A stretch of 64,000 nt of DNA. Source: an uncultured Spirochaetota bacterium. GTDB lineage: Bacteria > Spirochaetota > Brevinematia > Brevinematales > JAOACQ01. The DNA is taken from assembly GCA_963768055.1 (NCBI GenBank), contig CAVYGN010000001.1, forward strand, positions 672,001-736,000, in the 5' to 3' direction. Position 1 is the stretch's first letter, and every line of letters starts with the position of its first letter. Below, one piece after another: positions 11,317 to 22,076 of the stretch. Position numbers and translations under genes: made by a program. The notes under the pieces were generated by a model. The model was not told the origin of the DNA. It did no database searches and worked only from the letters and a program-made list of their open reading frames with translations.

Positions 11317-11949
11317 ATGGTTTATGACCTTAAAGCGCGAGCGATCAGATTGGTTTTTAATGAGAGTTTTAGGCGACAGCTGACAGTTTCCCTTGGCAAA
11401 AAAACTGCATTGAAAATTTTATATGAAGGTAAACGAAACTATAGAGAAATTGTAAAGCGTTCACCTTCAATCGGTGGATGGAAAAATCCGCTCAATGTAA
11501 ATGTTCTCGGGGTCGCTTATGTTGTTGCTATATACAAGGCTGCTAATGGAAAGCTTTCAGCGGAATTAATTGGAAAAGTTTTTTTAAATTCATTTAAACA
11601 GACGGATGTTTTGAAGTTATTTTATAAGTTTATGTCTAAAAAAATATTTACCCGGCAATGGCAGGATAAGAGAAATATTCTGGCAGTAGAATCTCAAAAG
11701 AAACTGTATACTGCAGATTTTGTCTATAAATTTGTATATGGAAAAACTATAAATGAATATGGCATAAACTATCGGGAATGCGGCATCTGCAAGTTATTAA
11801 AACAAGAAAATTGTTCCGAGCTTGCTCCTCAGATGTGCAAGCCCGATTATGTGACGGCAAATTTAATGGGCAGTGAGTTAACAAGGACAAAGACGATTGG
11901 AAATGGTGATGAACTGTGTGATTTCTGGTTTAGAAAGCTACGCCTATAG
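11317..11949 (+). CDS. L-2-amino-thiazoline-4-carboxylic acid hydrolase-like protein
   Basis: 'YRECGICK...MCKPDY...LTRTKTIGNGDELCDFWF'. Confidence 0.7.
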   Translation: MVYDLKARAIRLVFNESFRRQLTVSLGKKTALKILYEGKRNYREIVKRSPSIGGWKNPLNVNVLGVAYVVAIYKAANGKLSAELIGKVFLNSFKQTDVLKLFYKFMSKKIFTRQWQDKRNILAVESQKKLYTADFVYKFVYGKTINEYGINYRECGICKLLKQENCSELAPQMCKPDYVTANLMGSELTRTKTIGNGDELCDFWFRKLRL

Positions 11950-12113
11950 TTGATTAAGCATTTAGAAGCCACTTGATAAATTAAAATAACAATCCTTTGC
12001 CTGTTTACAGGAATGGAAAGGTATTGAAAAGTGTTAACATACCGATTATTAAAAATCGTATTGCATATTTATAAAATAGTATTATAATTAACCCGAAATA
12101 AAAAGGGGGGGAT

Positions 12114-12347
12114 ATGGTTTTATTTGAAGAAAATAATAAAATATTTGATAACGAATCTTATGATTTCAAGTTTTATCCGGACAAAAACAATAAAATTATC
12201 GGGATAATGTTAAAGGATGAAAAAGTATTATCAAAGGGATCATTTGCCTTAAATATTTCCGAACCTGTTTTAAAGGAATCGGACCAGAAGGCTCAATTTG
12301 AAGCTCTTGAAAGAGAATTAGTGAATAAATATCAGCAGACAGTATAG
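12114..12347 (+). CDS. Hypothetical protein
   Basis: 77 aa ORF with G-rich RBS and TTGCAT-17-TATAAT upstream. Confidence 0.5.
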   Translation: MVLFEENNKIFDNESYDFKFYPDKNNKIIGIMLKDEKVLSKGSFALNISEPVLKESDQKAQFEALERELVNKYQQTV

Positions 12348-12376
12348 TATCTGCCTGAAGGGTATGGGAGTCCGGA

Positions 12377-13099
12377 ATGAAAGTAATCGATCATTATGAA
12401 AATCATCTTGCCTCTTATTATGATTGGATCTATGGCGGTTTTGAGAATAAAATAGATGAAAACATGGCTTTCTTTAATAAAAATAATATCATTCCCCATT
12501 TATCCAAAGTGGCTATCGATCTGGGCGCCGGTTCGGGTTTTCAGACCATCCCGTTGGCAAAGAAAGGATTTAAAGTATTTTCTGTTGATTTCAGTGAAAA
12601 GTTGTTGAATGAGTTAATTATCCGCAAAAATAACCTGGATATAACAATAATTAATTCGAATATTTTAGATTTTTCCGGTTATCAGAATAATAATCCGGAA
12701 TTGATTGTTTGCATGGGCGATACTCTGACGCATCTTGAAAGCGTTGACGATGTAAAATTATTGCTGAACAACTGCCGTCTGCAATTAATGGACGGCGGCA
12801 TTCTGATTTTGACTTTTCGGGATTTGACGCATGAATTGACCGGTATTAATAGATTTATTCCCCTGAGGAATGATGAAAACAAGATATTTACATGCTTTCT
12901 GGAGTATTATCCCGAATATGTCAATGTCTATGATATAGTTAATGAAAGGGTTAATGACAGATGGTCGCAAAAAATCAGTTATTATAAAAAGATTAAAATA
13001 TCGCCGGAAGATATCAAGACCAGCCTGGAAGAATTGAATTTCAAAATAAAACTATATGAAATCGATAAAGGGCTTGTTACCGTAATAGCCGGGAAATAA
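12377..13099 (+). CDS. Class I SAM-dependent methyltransferase
   Basis: 'AIDLGAGSG', 'CMGDTLTH'. Confidence 0.85.
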   Translation: MKVIDHYENHLASYYDWIYGGFENKIDENMAFFNKNNIIPHLSKVAIDLGAGSGFQTIPLAKKGFKVFSVDFSEKLLNELIIRKNNLDITIINSNILDFSGYQNNNPELIVCMGDTLTHLESVDDVKLLLNNCRLQLMDGGILILTFRDLTHELTGINRFIPLRNDENKIFTCFLEYYPEYVNVYDIVNERVNDRWSQKISYYKKIKISPEDIKTSLEELNFKIKLYEIDKGLVTVIAGK

Positions 13100-13154
13100 G
13101 CGGAATTGCCTGGGGCGGCGGAGCAGCCGCAGGGCCGGGGGATTTAAATAAAGC

Positions 13155-13862
13155 CTATTTCTCCATCGCCTTTCGCTTCAATTCTTCCGGCAGTTTTTCA
13201 ATCGCGTATCTCAAGGCCGTTCTCGGCATCATTTCTTTCCTGCTCATCACATAGTCGAAAACTTCCTGCTTATGTGCATGGCTGGCTGATTTCAGCATCC
13301 ATCCGTAGCCCTTTTGCACCAAATCGTCATTATCTAAAAGCAGAATGTCCGCGAGCTCAATTATATCCTTAAGAAAATAGCCGTTTTTCGCCGGTATAAT
13401 GAGAGAAACAGACGAGGCGCGGCGCAGCCAGCGGTTTTCAGATTTTGCCCATTTTTTTAATTCCTTAATGGATTCCGGATACATTTCCAGAAAAGAGCCG
13501 ACCGTATGATTGCAGAGGGTGTCGCATGAAGCCCAATTATTCACATAATTGCCGATCCAATGTTCGAAAACCAGTATATCCTTTTTTTCAAATTCATTTC
13601 GGATATTGTATGCCCAGCGGCTGGCTATAAATGAGTCTTCAAGGTATCCCGACTTCCACAGTTCTTTGCATAAGCTTAAAACAGCAGTTTTGGTTTCATC
13701 CTTAATATTTTTGAAGATTTTATTTGCTATTTTATCGACAAGAGCCGTTTTTACTCCGTAAAGGGTGATCCCTTCCCTGAAAAAATTTGCGCTGCTTTTT
13801 ATAAAAGCTTCATCGCGGTTTTGTTTTAATTCACTGCGGACCATATCGATAATATTATTCAT
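13155..13862 (-). CDS. DNA alkylation repair protein (AlkD-like)
   Basis: 'NNWASCD', 'SENRWLRR', 'DLVQKGYGWMLK', 'PRTALRYAIEK'. Confidence 0.85.
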   Translation of the reverse strand: MNNIIDMVRSELKQNRDEAFIKSSANFFREGITLYGVKTALVDKIANKIFKNIKDETKTAVLSLCKELWKSGYLEDSFIASRWAYNIRNEFEKKDILVFEHWIGNYVNNWASCDTLCNHTVGSFLEMYPESIKELKKWAKSENRWLRRASSVSLIIPAKNGYFLKDIIELADILLLDNDDLVQKGYGWMLKSASHAHKQEVFDYVMSRKEMMPRTALRYAIEKLPEELKRKAMEK

Positions 13863-14833
13863 TAACGGACCTGCATCACGACTCCGGAAGCGTTCGCAAG
13901 GCCGCGGGTGGTAACGGAGGCCTGCCTGTTATAAGGTATCGATGCTATGCCTTTCTTTAAAAAAACCTGGATATAATAAAAACCGGGCTTTTTAAAATTA
14001 ATCTTGACTTTGAACCTCTGCGTTTCCTTGTCGAAGTTAATATCCCAGGGCCATATCTGCTTGTATTCGCTATCGGTAAAGTCCGGGTAAGACGTCCTGC
14101 TGCTTATTTCCGACGGCGTCATTTTACCTGGAAAATTTTCATAATAGACAATGATTGCGTAAACTCCGGCGTCCCTTGCCAAGACCCTGCCCGATATCAC
14201 GGCAGTTTCTCCTGCGGCGGCTGTCAGGGGGAAGTCATCCCACTCTATATACCGGTCTATAAACTCCTCATAATAGCGGATTTGAGTCGTTCCGTTTATA
14301 TTTGTTGAATAATATCCGATGCCGACATAATTATGGTAGCCGTTGATGACGTTTTCATAATGGCCGCCCCCCGGGCCTTCCGACATAAACTCTTCAAGGC
14401 CTTTCTTCATATAATTCAGCGCCTGGCCCGCATCGTCCATTCCGGGGGTTTCAATCCCGTATCCGTTCTCCCCGAAAGCGTTTTCCATAACATGGTCCTT
14501 CCCCCCGGCAAGCGAATACCTGATATAGGGCTTATAACCGTTCAGGTCCCAGTGTCCGATATAGCCGTTGACCGCCGCATTATAACACTGCATATTGGCG
14601 ACCCTGCTTGCAAGGATATCGAGGGATACTAATTTCTTATTGTGTTCGGACCGGTAACGGTTGATGTTTTCGACTTCCTTAAGCTTTGCGGAAATCATTT
14701 CCGGCGTATCTTTGAACTCTTCGAGGGTTTTAAGTCCGTCATTCGGCTTTATATAACTATCGATATTACTTTCCTGCGGCCAGCTTGGCAGGCAAAGAAT
14801 TATCAAAACAAAAACATAGAATATCATCTTCAT
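13862..14833 (-). CDS. Exported CAP/SCP-domain protein
   Basis: Signal peptide; 'INRYR', 'GYIGH', 'EN', 'GHYENVI...VGIG'. Confidence 0.65.
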   Translation of the reverse strand: MKMIFYVFVLIILCLPSWPQESNIDSYIKPNDGLKTLEEFKDTPEMISAKLKEVENINRYRSEHNKKLVSLDILASRVANMQCYNAAVNGYIGHWDLNGYKPYIRYSLAGGKDHVMENAFGENGYGIETPGMDDAGQALNYMKKGLEEFMSEGPGGGHYENVINGYHNYVGIGYYSTNINGTTQIRYYEEFIDRYIEWDDFPLTAAAGETAVISGRVLARDAGVYAIIVYYENFPGKMTPSEISSRTSYPDFTDSEYKQIWPWDINFDKETQRFKVKINFKKPGFYYIQVFLKKGIASIPYNRQASVTTRGLANASGVVMQVR

Positions 14834-14977
14834 CGGCGTTCACCTCTCTTAATTGATTATATACCGGTGCCCGGATTTACTCAAATTTTAAAAAGTGAGC
14901 GAATGTATTAATGAAAAGATGTTTTTTTTTGATATGTTAGGTATTTTATGTTAGATTATTAACTTAAAGGGGTATTT

Positions 14978-16858
14978 ATGGTTTTCGATGTTTTGCTGGT
15001 CATTGGAATTATAGGGACCCTCTCGATTTCAATTTATTACATTACCCTTTTGGTTAAGTCAGACGACGCTGCAAACAAGCTCACACTCAAGTATATACAT
15101 CTTGGCATCATCACCTGTTTTATTTATGGATTCATGCATAATGTTTTTGTCAATCCTGTTTATTTCAAAGGCTTTCTGAATCTTGATTTCAGCGACAGCA
15201 TGTTCCAGGACTTTCTAGTGATATGGTTCTGGAGGGGCACGGTATTCTTCCTTGTATTTACAATTACCTTCAATTATCTGCTGAGGAGGGCAAAAAGGCT
15301 CGGCCGCAAAACCGGATTCCTTAGAACGATTGTCATACAGATATCCCTTATCATCCTCTGCTGGATCACCAATTTTGAGTATATGGCTTTTAACGTTAAT
15401 ATCTTTAGCAGTTACGAGCTACTGCACTGGGTCGGCGGGTTTGTCGCAGTCGGTATGATGATTCTCATGTTCTTTGTATATCTAGAAAAAGATATTGAAA
15501 GATATCTGAATATCACTGAAATCCATACTTCCATCAGAAGAAGGCTGCTGCTGAATTTTATAGGAATAATCACTCTCCTGGTCGTTTCGCAATTCACCAT
15601 ACTGATCGGATGCCTCGGCAAAGACCCTAATCCCGTATTGTTATTCAAGCTCGTGTTCTTCACAATTCTCTATCTGATACCCCTCGCTATTATTATTTTC
15701 AAGACAACATTCGCTTTTTCTGGCAGCCTCCAGATAGCGGTAAATTTTCTGAACAGCGCAGCTGACAGGGATTTCAGCCAATCGATCAGTATAGACAGCC
15801 TCGATGAATTCGGACAGCTCGGGATTTCTATCAAACTACTTAAAGAGAGTTTCGGGAATATAGTTAAGACTGCTAACAGTTCCTCTGAAAAAATTAAAAT
15901 ATTCACAGGAAATATCAACAGCTCTATTGATGTCCTGAACACCAAGATCATGGAATTTTTATCGACACTCGGGGAAAAGACCTGCGGTCAGTCGGCATCA
16001 ACATCAGAAGCCGCTGAAAAAGTCGAACTGATGGTGAAGAGCGTTCTGGATATTTTTGACAATATCAGAAAACAGAATAATTTTGTTAATGAGATATCTT
16101 CTTCGCTTGAAGAGATGACGAATAATATTTCGAATATCGCCCTAAGGACAAGAACTGCCAGCGAGGAGTCGGCCCACCTTTACGAAATTGCACAGGAAGG
16201 CAAAACCCTGATTGAAAAGACATCCGTCAGTATCCAGGAAATCGAAGAGGCAAGCAATAAGATTTATGAAATAAACAAGATCATCAACAAAATCGCCGAG
16301 GATACGGATATGCTGTCCATAAATGCCTCCATCGAAGCTGCGCATGCCGGAGAATTCGGCGAAGGTTTCGCAATTGTCGCCGCCGAATTAAGGAAGCTGT
16401 CGAACAACGCCCGGAATAACGTCGATTTAATCGACGGGCTTATCGGCGATATTTTCAAAAAAATCAAAATCACCCTAGAATTTTCCAAGGATTCGAACAA
16501 CAGCTTCCTTAAAATCAATGACAGCGCAAATTTGACAAGGACAATCAATACTGAAATCGCCGGGGCTATGGACCGCCAGTCCGGATCGATAAAAGGAGTT
16601 ATGGAGACTTCGGCATTTCTTGTCGATATTACCCGCAGGATCGATCAATTGTCGGAGATGATCGAGAAAAATTCCGGGGAGATTAAAAGCACTATCCAGG
16701 ATCTGCATAAGTGCGCCGAAGCCGACGGAAAAACCATATCGGAAAGCTCTCAGCTATTGATCGAGACCCTTAAAGCGGTGAGCGCGGACCTGGAAAACAA
16801 TAGGGCCATAGCGGAGAATCTTCTTAATTTCGTATCTGTTTTCAATATAGAAAATTGA
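14978..16858 (+). CDS. Methyl-accepting chemotaxis protein
   Basis: N-terminal TM segments, HAMP-like 'DEFGQL', signalling motif 'LSINASIEAAHAGEFGEGFAIVAAELRKL'. Confidence 0.9.
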   Translation: MVFDVLLVIGIIGTLSISIYYITLLVKSDDAANKLTLKYIHLGIITCFIYGFMHNVFVNPVYFKGFLNLDFSDSMFQDFLVIWFWRGTVFFLVFTITFNYLLRRAKRLGRKTGFLRTIVIQISLIILCWITNFEYMAFNVNIFSSYELLHWVGGFVAVGMMILMFFVYLEKDIERYLNITEIHTSIRRRLLLNFIGIITLLVVSQFTILIGCLGKDPNPVLLFKLVFFTILYLIPLAIIIFKTTFAFSGSLQIAVNFLNSAADRDFSQSISIDSLDEFGQLGISIKLLKESFGNIVKTANSSSEKIKIFTGNINSSIDVLNTKIMEFLSTLGEKTCGQSASTSEAAEKVELMVKSVLDIFDNIRKQNNFVNEISSSLEEMTNNISNIALRTRTASEESAHLYEIAQEGKTLIEKTSVSIQEIEEASNKIYEINKIINKIAEDTDMLSINASIEAAHAGEFGEGFAIVAAELRKLSNNARNNVDLIDGLIGDIFKKIKITLEFSKDSNNSFLKINDSANLTRTINTEIAGAMDRQSGSIKGVMETSAFLVDITRRIDQLSEMIEKNSGEIKSTIQDLHKCAEADGKTISESSQLLIETLKAVSADLENNRAIAENLLNFVSVFNIEN

Positions 16859-16899
16859 AATTCAATTTATTCTGCCCGGGTAACCGCGTAAAATCAATT

Positions 16900-16973
16900 T
16901 GCGCCCAGGAGGAGTCGAACCTCCGGCCCCCAGATCCGCAATCTGATGCTCTATCCAACTGAGCTATGAGCGC
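16900..16973 (-). tRNA. tRNA-Arg(GCG)
   Basis: Reverse complement GCGCTCATAGCTCAGTTGGATAGAGCATCAGATTGCGGATCTGGGGGCCGGAGGTTCGACTCCTCCTGGGCGCA folds as a cloverleaf; anticodon GCG. Confidence 0.93.
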
Positions 16974-17028
16974 AGGCATATATTTTACAATATCGGCAGT
17001 CGATAGTCAACAGCCGACAGTCAAGTCA

Positions 17029-17745
17029 TCAGTCGAAAAATTTCTCCGCGTTTTTGACAACACCTCCATGTCCGGGACAGACGATCCCCGGTTTAAGTAA
17101 AGTTTGTTTCATGATAGACTCGCCGGACTTTTCTTTATTCCAGGTAAACATCTGCCTTAATGAAGTCGATGCAGTATAAAGTTTATCATTTTTTACAAGA
17201 AAGGAATCTCCTGAAAACAGGACTTTCGTGGATTTTAAATAAAAGGACAGATGCCCCGGTGTATGGCCTGCAGTCTCCAAAACAAGAAGTCCGCCGAGAA
17301 CGGGAATCTCGTCGTTTTCTTTCAAGAATTTATCGACATCAGCGGGTTTTACTTTCATACGCTTGCTCATAAGCCAGCCGGCGATTTTCATAAAACCCTT
17401 GAATTCTATCTTCCTGGTCGATTTGCCGAGTTTGATCCCCTCCGCTTCAATAGCCGAGGAATAGACCTTGGCTCCGCTTAATTCTTTTAAATCTGCAAGC
17501 GAACCTATGTGGTCCCCGTCAGAATGGGTTATCAGTATGTTTTTTAACTCTTTAATCGGTCTTCCAATGCTGTTGATGTAAGAAGCTATTTTTTTACCGC
17601 TGGGAGGTATCCCGCAGTCAATGAGTGTGAGCGAATCCGGTTCTTCTATGAGATAGCAATTGACAAAACCCAAATTTATTGCGTGAATGCCTGGAATAAT
17701 TACCATTATTAGATCTCCTTTATTAAAACTGAAATAGTATATCAC
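17029..17745 (-). CDS. MBL-fold metallo-hydrolase
   Basis: 'THSDGDHIG', 'GHTPGH', 'SGD', 'PGHG'. Confidence 0.85.
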   Translation of the reverse strand: MIYYFSFNKGDLIMVIIPGIHAINLGFVNCYLIEEPDSLTLIDCGIPPSGKKIASYINSIGRPIKELKNILITHSDGDHIGSLADLKELSGAKVYSSAIEAEGIKLGKSTRKIEFKGFMKIAGWLMSKRMKVKPADVDKFLKENDEIPVLGGLLVLETAGHTPGHLSFYLKSTKVLFSGDSFLVKNDKLYTASTSLRQMFTWNKEKSGESIMKQTLLKPGIVCPGHGGVVKNAEKFFD

Positions 17746-17794
17746 AATTTTGACAAATCATCGATTTCTGCTTAGAATATTTCTTCAATATACC

Positions 17795-17877
17795 GGTCGG
17801 GTACCCGAGTGGCCAAAGGGGGCAGACTGTAAATCTGCTGGCGTTCGCCTTCGGTGGTTCGAATCCACCCCCGACCA
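17795..17877 (+). tRNA. tRNA-Tyr(GTA), integration site
   Basis: GGTCGGG...GCAGACTGTAAATCTGC...long variable arm...GGTTCGAATCC-ACCCCCGACCA; CCA tail not encoded. Confidence 0.95.
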
Positions 17878-17950
17878 CATGGCCTTATCTGCATAATTCC
17901 TTTCAGGTCAATACATTGGGCAAAGCAAATACCAGGCTTTTTTAATAGTT

Positions 17951-17980
17951 GTACCATTTTTGTACCATTTTAGTACCACT
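17951..17980 (+). repeat. Putative integrase arm-type sites, GTACCA x3
   Basis: GTACCA at 17951, 17962, 17973 (11-bp period). Confidence 0.6.
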
Positions 17981-18011
17981 TCGATTTCTGAAAGTCGACT
18001 GGAGGTATGAT

Positions 18012-18629
18012 ATGGGATTAGTGAAAGCAAAGTCTGGGTTCTATTATGTCCGTTTCAAGCAGGGTAATGAGACTGTTAAATTCTCACTTAGAACTAAGAG
18101 CCAGCGGATGGCGGAAGACCTTTATTATGCATATCTGCAGGAACATTTGAAAAATAACATCTGGAAAAAGTCAACAGGAATAATTCAAGATAATCAGTAC
18201 TATAAAGAACCTATACTGTCAAAGTCAGTTGAGAAAAAGATTCCGAAAACTGATATTGCTACCATATATCCTGAATATATCAGATCTTGCGAGGTTAAAG
18301 ATTTCAGTAAATATACCTTGAGAATTAAACACTATTTCCAGAAAAACATTGAACTCTTTAAAATTAAATTTCCAGAAGATTTTAACCAAGCTATGATAAA
18401 CCGGTTCTTTGATTATTGGACAAAAAATTACAAGGTGAATAGCATTGCAAAATTCTCGGGTGAACTTCGGGCTTTTCTACACTGGCTGATAAAGAAAAGA
18501 CTTTATAAGCAGGATGATTATAGTTGTCTGGACATTCCCAAGTATAAAGTAAAAGCCAAAGAAATGGTTATTAAAGCAGAAGACCTCGAAAAAATCAGCA
18601 CATATACAAAAGAAAATGATTATGACTAA
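18012..18629 (+). pseudogene. Tyrosine integrase, N-terminal part only
   Basis: RBS GGAGG 18001, ATG 18012; 'YYVRF...FSLRTK' arm-binding-like, SAM-like 'SIAKFSGELRAFLHWL', linker 'EDLEKI', then stop before any catalytic R-K-H-R-H-Y residues. Confidence 0.7.
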
Positions 18630-18942
18630 TCCAGAACCTCCAAGTTTTGATTATGATAAAATCACCAAAAATGTTCAATTTAACTTTAAAAAATTTGGTT
18701 ATTATAATATTCCATTAGAGATTACTGAGAATATAGGAGAAACAGGATTAAGTGTTGGAGATGCAGTTGATGACTTATCTGACATTATAAGAGATTTTCT
18801 TGGAATCAATTGGTATTATGAAAATACTTCATTAGAAAATGCAATCTGGTACTTTAAATTTTTATTTAAAACTCATTTTGGACTTCATCTTATGAATTTA
18901 ATGATGTATCTACATAATTATTTGTTTTATAAAAACCAATGA
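18616..18942 (+). pseudogene. DUF5063-like C-terminal fragment abutting the integrase remnant
   Basis: 'GDAVDDLSDIIRD...AIWYFKFLFKTHFGLH'. Confidence 0.5.
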
Positions 18943-19075
18943 AATATCTCTTTTCCTTCCCCCTTCTATCCGTCATACTCTATTAAAATTTTGATAAATC
19001 TGAGGGACGGGATTAGAATAAAGGAACGGGTGAATATATTATTTTAAATATTTTAGTTTTATATGAGGATTCATA

Positions 19076-19752
19076 ATGGATAGCAAAGATGTAAATAAAT
19101 TGGTAAGAAAAATTATTAAACCCGCATTAGAAATCGAAGGATTTTCAGTCAATATGTCCAGAACTTTTTGGCGTTATAAAGGACGAAATATTAATGTAAT
19201 TAATTTACAGTCATTTAACTCTTATAATGCTAGTGTTATGAATGCTACAACATTTTCTTATGTAGTAAATCTGGGAGTATATAATCAAGATATTAATATT
19301 GGATTCATAATAAAATACAAAAAAGAGTATCCAATACCAGAAGAACACGTATGTCATTTCAGAGGAAGGGTCAAAAAGAGCATAAAACAAGAATATAAGG
19401 ATCCATATTTATTTTATATCAATGAAGATGGTAGTAATTTATTGGTTTGTATAAATGATACTTTAAAACAAATTAAATTATATGGGTTAAAATGGTTTGA
19501 AGAATTAAATAATTCTGATAATCAATTTGAATTAATATTGAATGGAACTCAAGAAATGTCTGTCCTTTGGGGATGGGGGCATAATCCTTCACCACTGAGG
19601 TCTCTAATGATTGCCTCTTTGTTTATAAAAAAAATAAAATTGATGAAGCTAAAGATTATTTAAAACATGCTATAGAATCAAAATGCTTTAAACATTTATT
19701 TAATTCGACTGAGGAAGAAATTATTTTTATACAAAAAGGACAGAAAGTATAA
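19076..19752 (+). pseudogene. DUF4304-like protein, frameshift in A-run near 19630
   Basis: 'IKPALEIEGF...INLQSFN...VNLGVY'; reading continues in the shifted frame to TAA 19752. Confidence 0.5.
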
Positions 19753-19879
19753 TTAAAAGTTAAATTGAGGGAAGATTTGATTTTTTATAATAATAAAAAT
19801 ATTGAGAATTTAAATATGATTCATAATAGTATTATTAAAGTTCAATTTTGACGTTAAATCTAAAATTCGGAGGTTCAAA

Positions 19880-21932
19880 ATGATTAGAAGAAAATTATCA
19901 GAAGAAATAGTCCAAAAAGACAAAAACCAAATTTGGAATGCCTTTATTGATTTAATAGCTTCAGAAAAAGAAATTGATTTGACGGACATACAAAAAAATG
20001 CCCAAAGAGCTTTCTGGTATCGGTTTTTGTCAAGGGAGTTGTCGCTTTTATTTTACGCCGCAACCAACGATTCCTTGTTAGTCTTACTCGGGTTTAAAAA
20101 TACCGATTCTATCCGTTCCCATTTTTTAGATTCTCCTGACCATCTTTCAGGATGTCTGCTTTTTGCAGCCGCATAAGTTTCCGCTCTCTTCAGGAGTATC
20201 GCCTTATCTTTACCTTCATGTCTCTGTGCTGGTGTGACATATCCGATCCCTGAATGAAGATGTTTATTATTATACCAGTCTACAAAATTTTGCATCCATA
20301 TTTCTACCGATTCCATTGTCTCGAAATTGCCTGGGTATTTCACATTATATTTCAATGTTTTAAACAATGATTCTGAGTAAGGGTTATCGTTACTTACACT
20401 CGGCCTTGAAAACGACGGCATAACCTGTAACCTCTGCAAGGTCGCTAACATCGTAGCCCCTTTCATAGGAGAACCATTATCAGAATGTAAATACAAGCCT
20501 TTCAAATCAATGGTTTCTCCGATCTCTGCCACCATTCTTGCGGCATGATCAGAGCTTTCCTCCTCGTGCATTTTCCAGCCGACTATCTTACGGCTCCAGA
20601 CATCTTCGATCATATAGAGGTAGAAATACTTACCTTTTATATGACTGGATATATATGTAATATCCCAACTCCATACCTGATTAGGACCCGTCGCTTCCAG
20701 TTCTCTTGGCGTTTTCCTTGCCGTTTTCGGCTTCGTTTCGTATCTATGGTGCAGCAAATCATTGTCCTTTAAAACGCGGTAAAAAGATGATTCTGATGCT
20801 ATATACCGACCTTCCTCTGCCAGCATGGGCACTATTTCATTCGGCGTCATATCTCTAAATCTCTCGCTGCAACAGCAGGAGATGATCTCCTCCCTTTCTT
20901 CGGCCGACAGGGCATTTGAAGGCATTACATTTCTCAATTTTCTTCTGTCTCCCTCAAGATTTTTATTCCAGCGCTGTATGGTCCTTATATCATAGCCAGA
21001 TTCTTCACAAGCCTTATCCCTGCTGGCCCCTGTCGTAACAGCCTCATTAATCAAGGCACAGATATCTATGCGTATATCCAATGGAGTTAATCTTCCTCGA
21101 TCCCGAACAGCTTGTTCAGTTTTTTTTTAAGCACCAGCAGAGAAGTAACCTCGGCTATAGTTTTATCCTTACGGTTAATTTCTTTTTCTAACTCTATGAT
21201 TTTTGCTTTCAAACCCTTGTTTTCTTCTCTGTATGAGTTATTAGATATCACTGATAAACACTCCTGTTTCCAGAGTTCGATATGAGTCGACTGGAGACCA
21301 TTTTTTCTCAACCACTGTCCTAACTCTTCTCCCGATTGGCTTGCTGCGTCTACTACCGCCTGATATTTATCAGATAATTTCCAGCCTCTCGGGCTTCTAT
21401 CCTGGAATCCTCTGGATACATTATTCTGGATCATTTTCCTCCAGTTGTAAAGGGTTTGTTCACATACTCCTATTTCCTGGCTCAGTTCAGATACTGTTTT
21501 TCCTCCTGGCATACACATCTTTTGAACGATAGATTTCCTGAATTCCTCTGAACGAATTTGACTATTCATTTTTTGTCTCCTAATATTTTAGGCGACAACT
21601 ATCCTAACACACGGGGGTATGATTCTGAATTACAAAATGGAGGACATCTTCAATATTTTGAAAATCATAGAAAGAATGATTACTTCGAAGTAATTAATTC
21701 ATTAAAAGCTATAGGGGCTGAAAAGCAATCTTCATTATTACTGAAGACATCAGTAATATTTTTAGGAAAAAAAAGAAAACCTATAAAAAGTGTTCAAAGT
21801 TATATTAAAAAAACTGAAAATGATGAATATAGCAAATTTGATTCTGAATATTATCATATCAAACCAGATGTAAATTTTTATCTTGAAGAATATTTGAAAA
21901 ATAATTTAAATGAATTTATTGAATTAAAATAA
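19880..21932 (+). pseudogene. DMP19/DUF4375 family gene interrupted by IS3 copy 1
   Basis: Removing the IS and one GTAT copy restores '...AFWY|DSELQNGGHLQYFEN...' (150 aa). Confidence 0.75.
20021..21616 (-). mobile_element. IS3-family element, copy 1 (1596 bp)
   Basis: orfA 21087-21569 (HTH) and orfB 20053-21081 (DDE: WSWDITY, LHSDNG, ESLF); A9 frameshift site at 21120-21128; 4-bp target duplication GTAT. Confidence 0.95.
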
Positions 21933-22076
21933 AAATTAGTTGAAACTCTTCCCCCCTCTGCTTCCCTTCCCCCTTTTCCAGCCTTTCTTTCTCCATTGAA
22001 TTTTTGATAAAAGCGCCGGGAGGGGATAGAATAAGGTAATGGGATTAAAAGGTTTAATCATTATTTTGGAGGTTTT

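Noticed and set aside
17772..17957. 61-aa minus-strand ORF
   Set aside because: It is the antisense reading of tRNA-Tyr.
18012..18629. Calling the integrase remnant IntI
   Set aside because: The catalytic domain is absent, so the IntI insertion cannot be checked. The arm-binding-like N-terminus, tRNA adjacency and co-orientation with the array fit a phage/ICE-type integrase better.
21558..21932. ORFs starting MTIHFLSPNILGDNYPNTRG (also 51257) and ORFs ending RFLSRELSLLF... as a protein family
   Set aside because: The shared peptides come from reading through IS3 ends; these are halves of interrupted genes.
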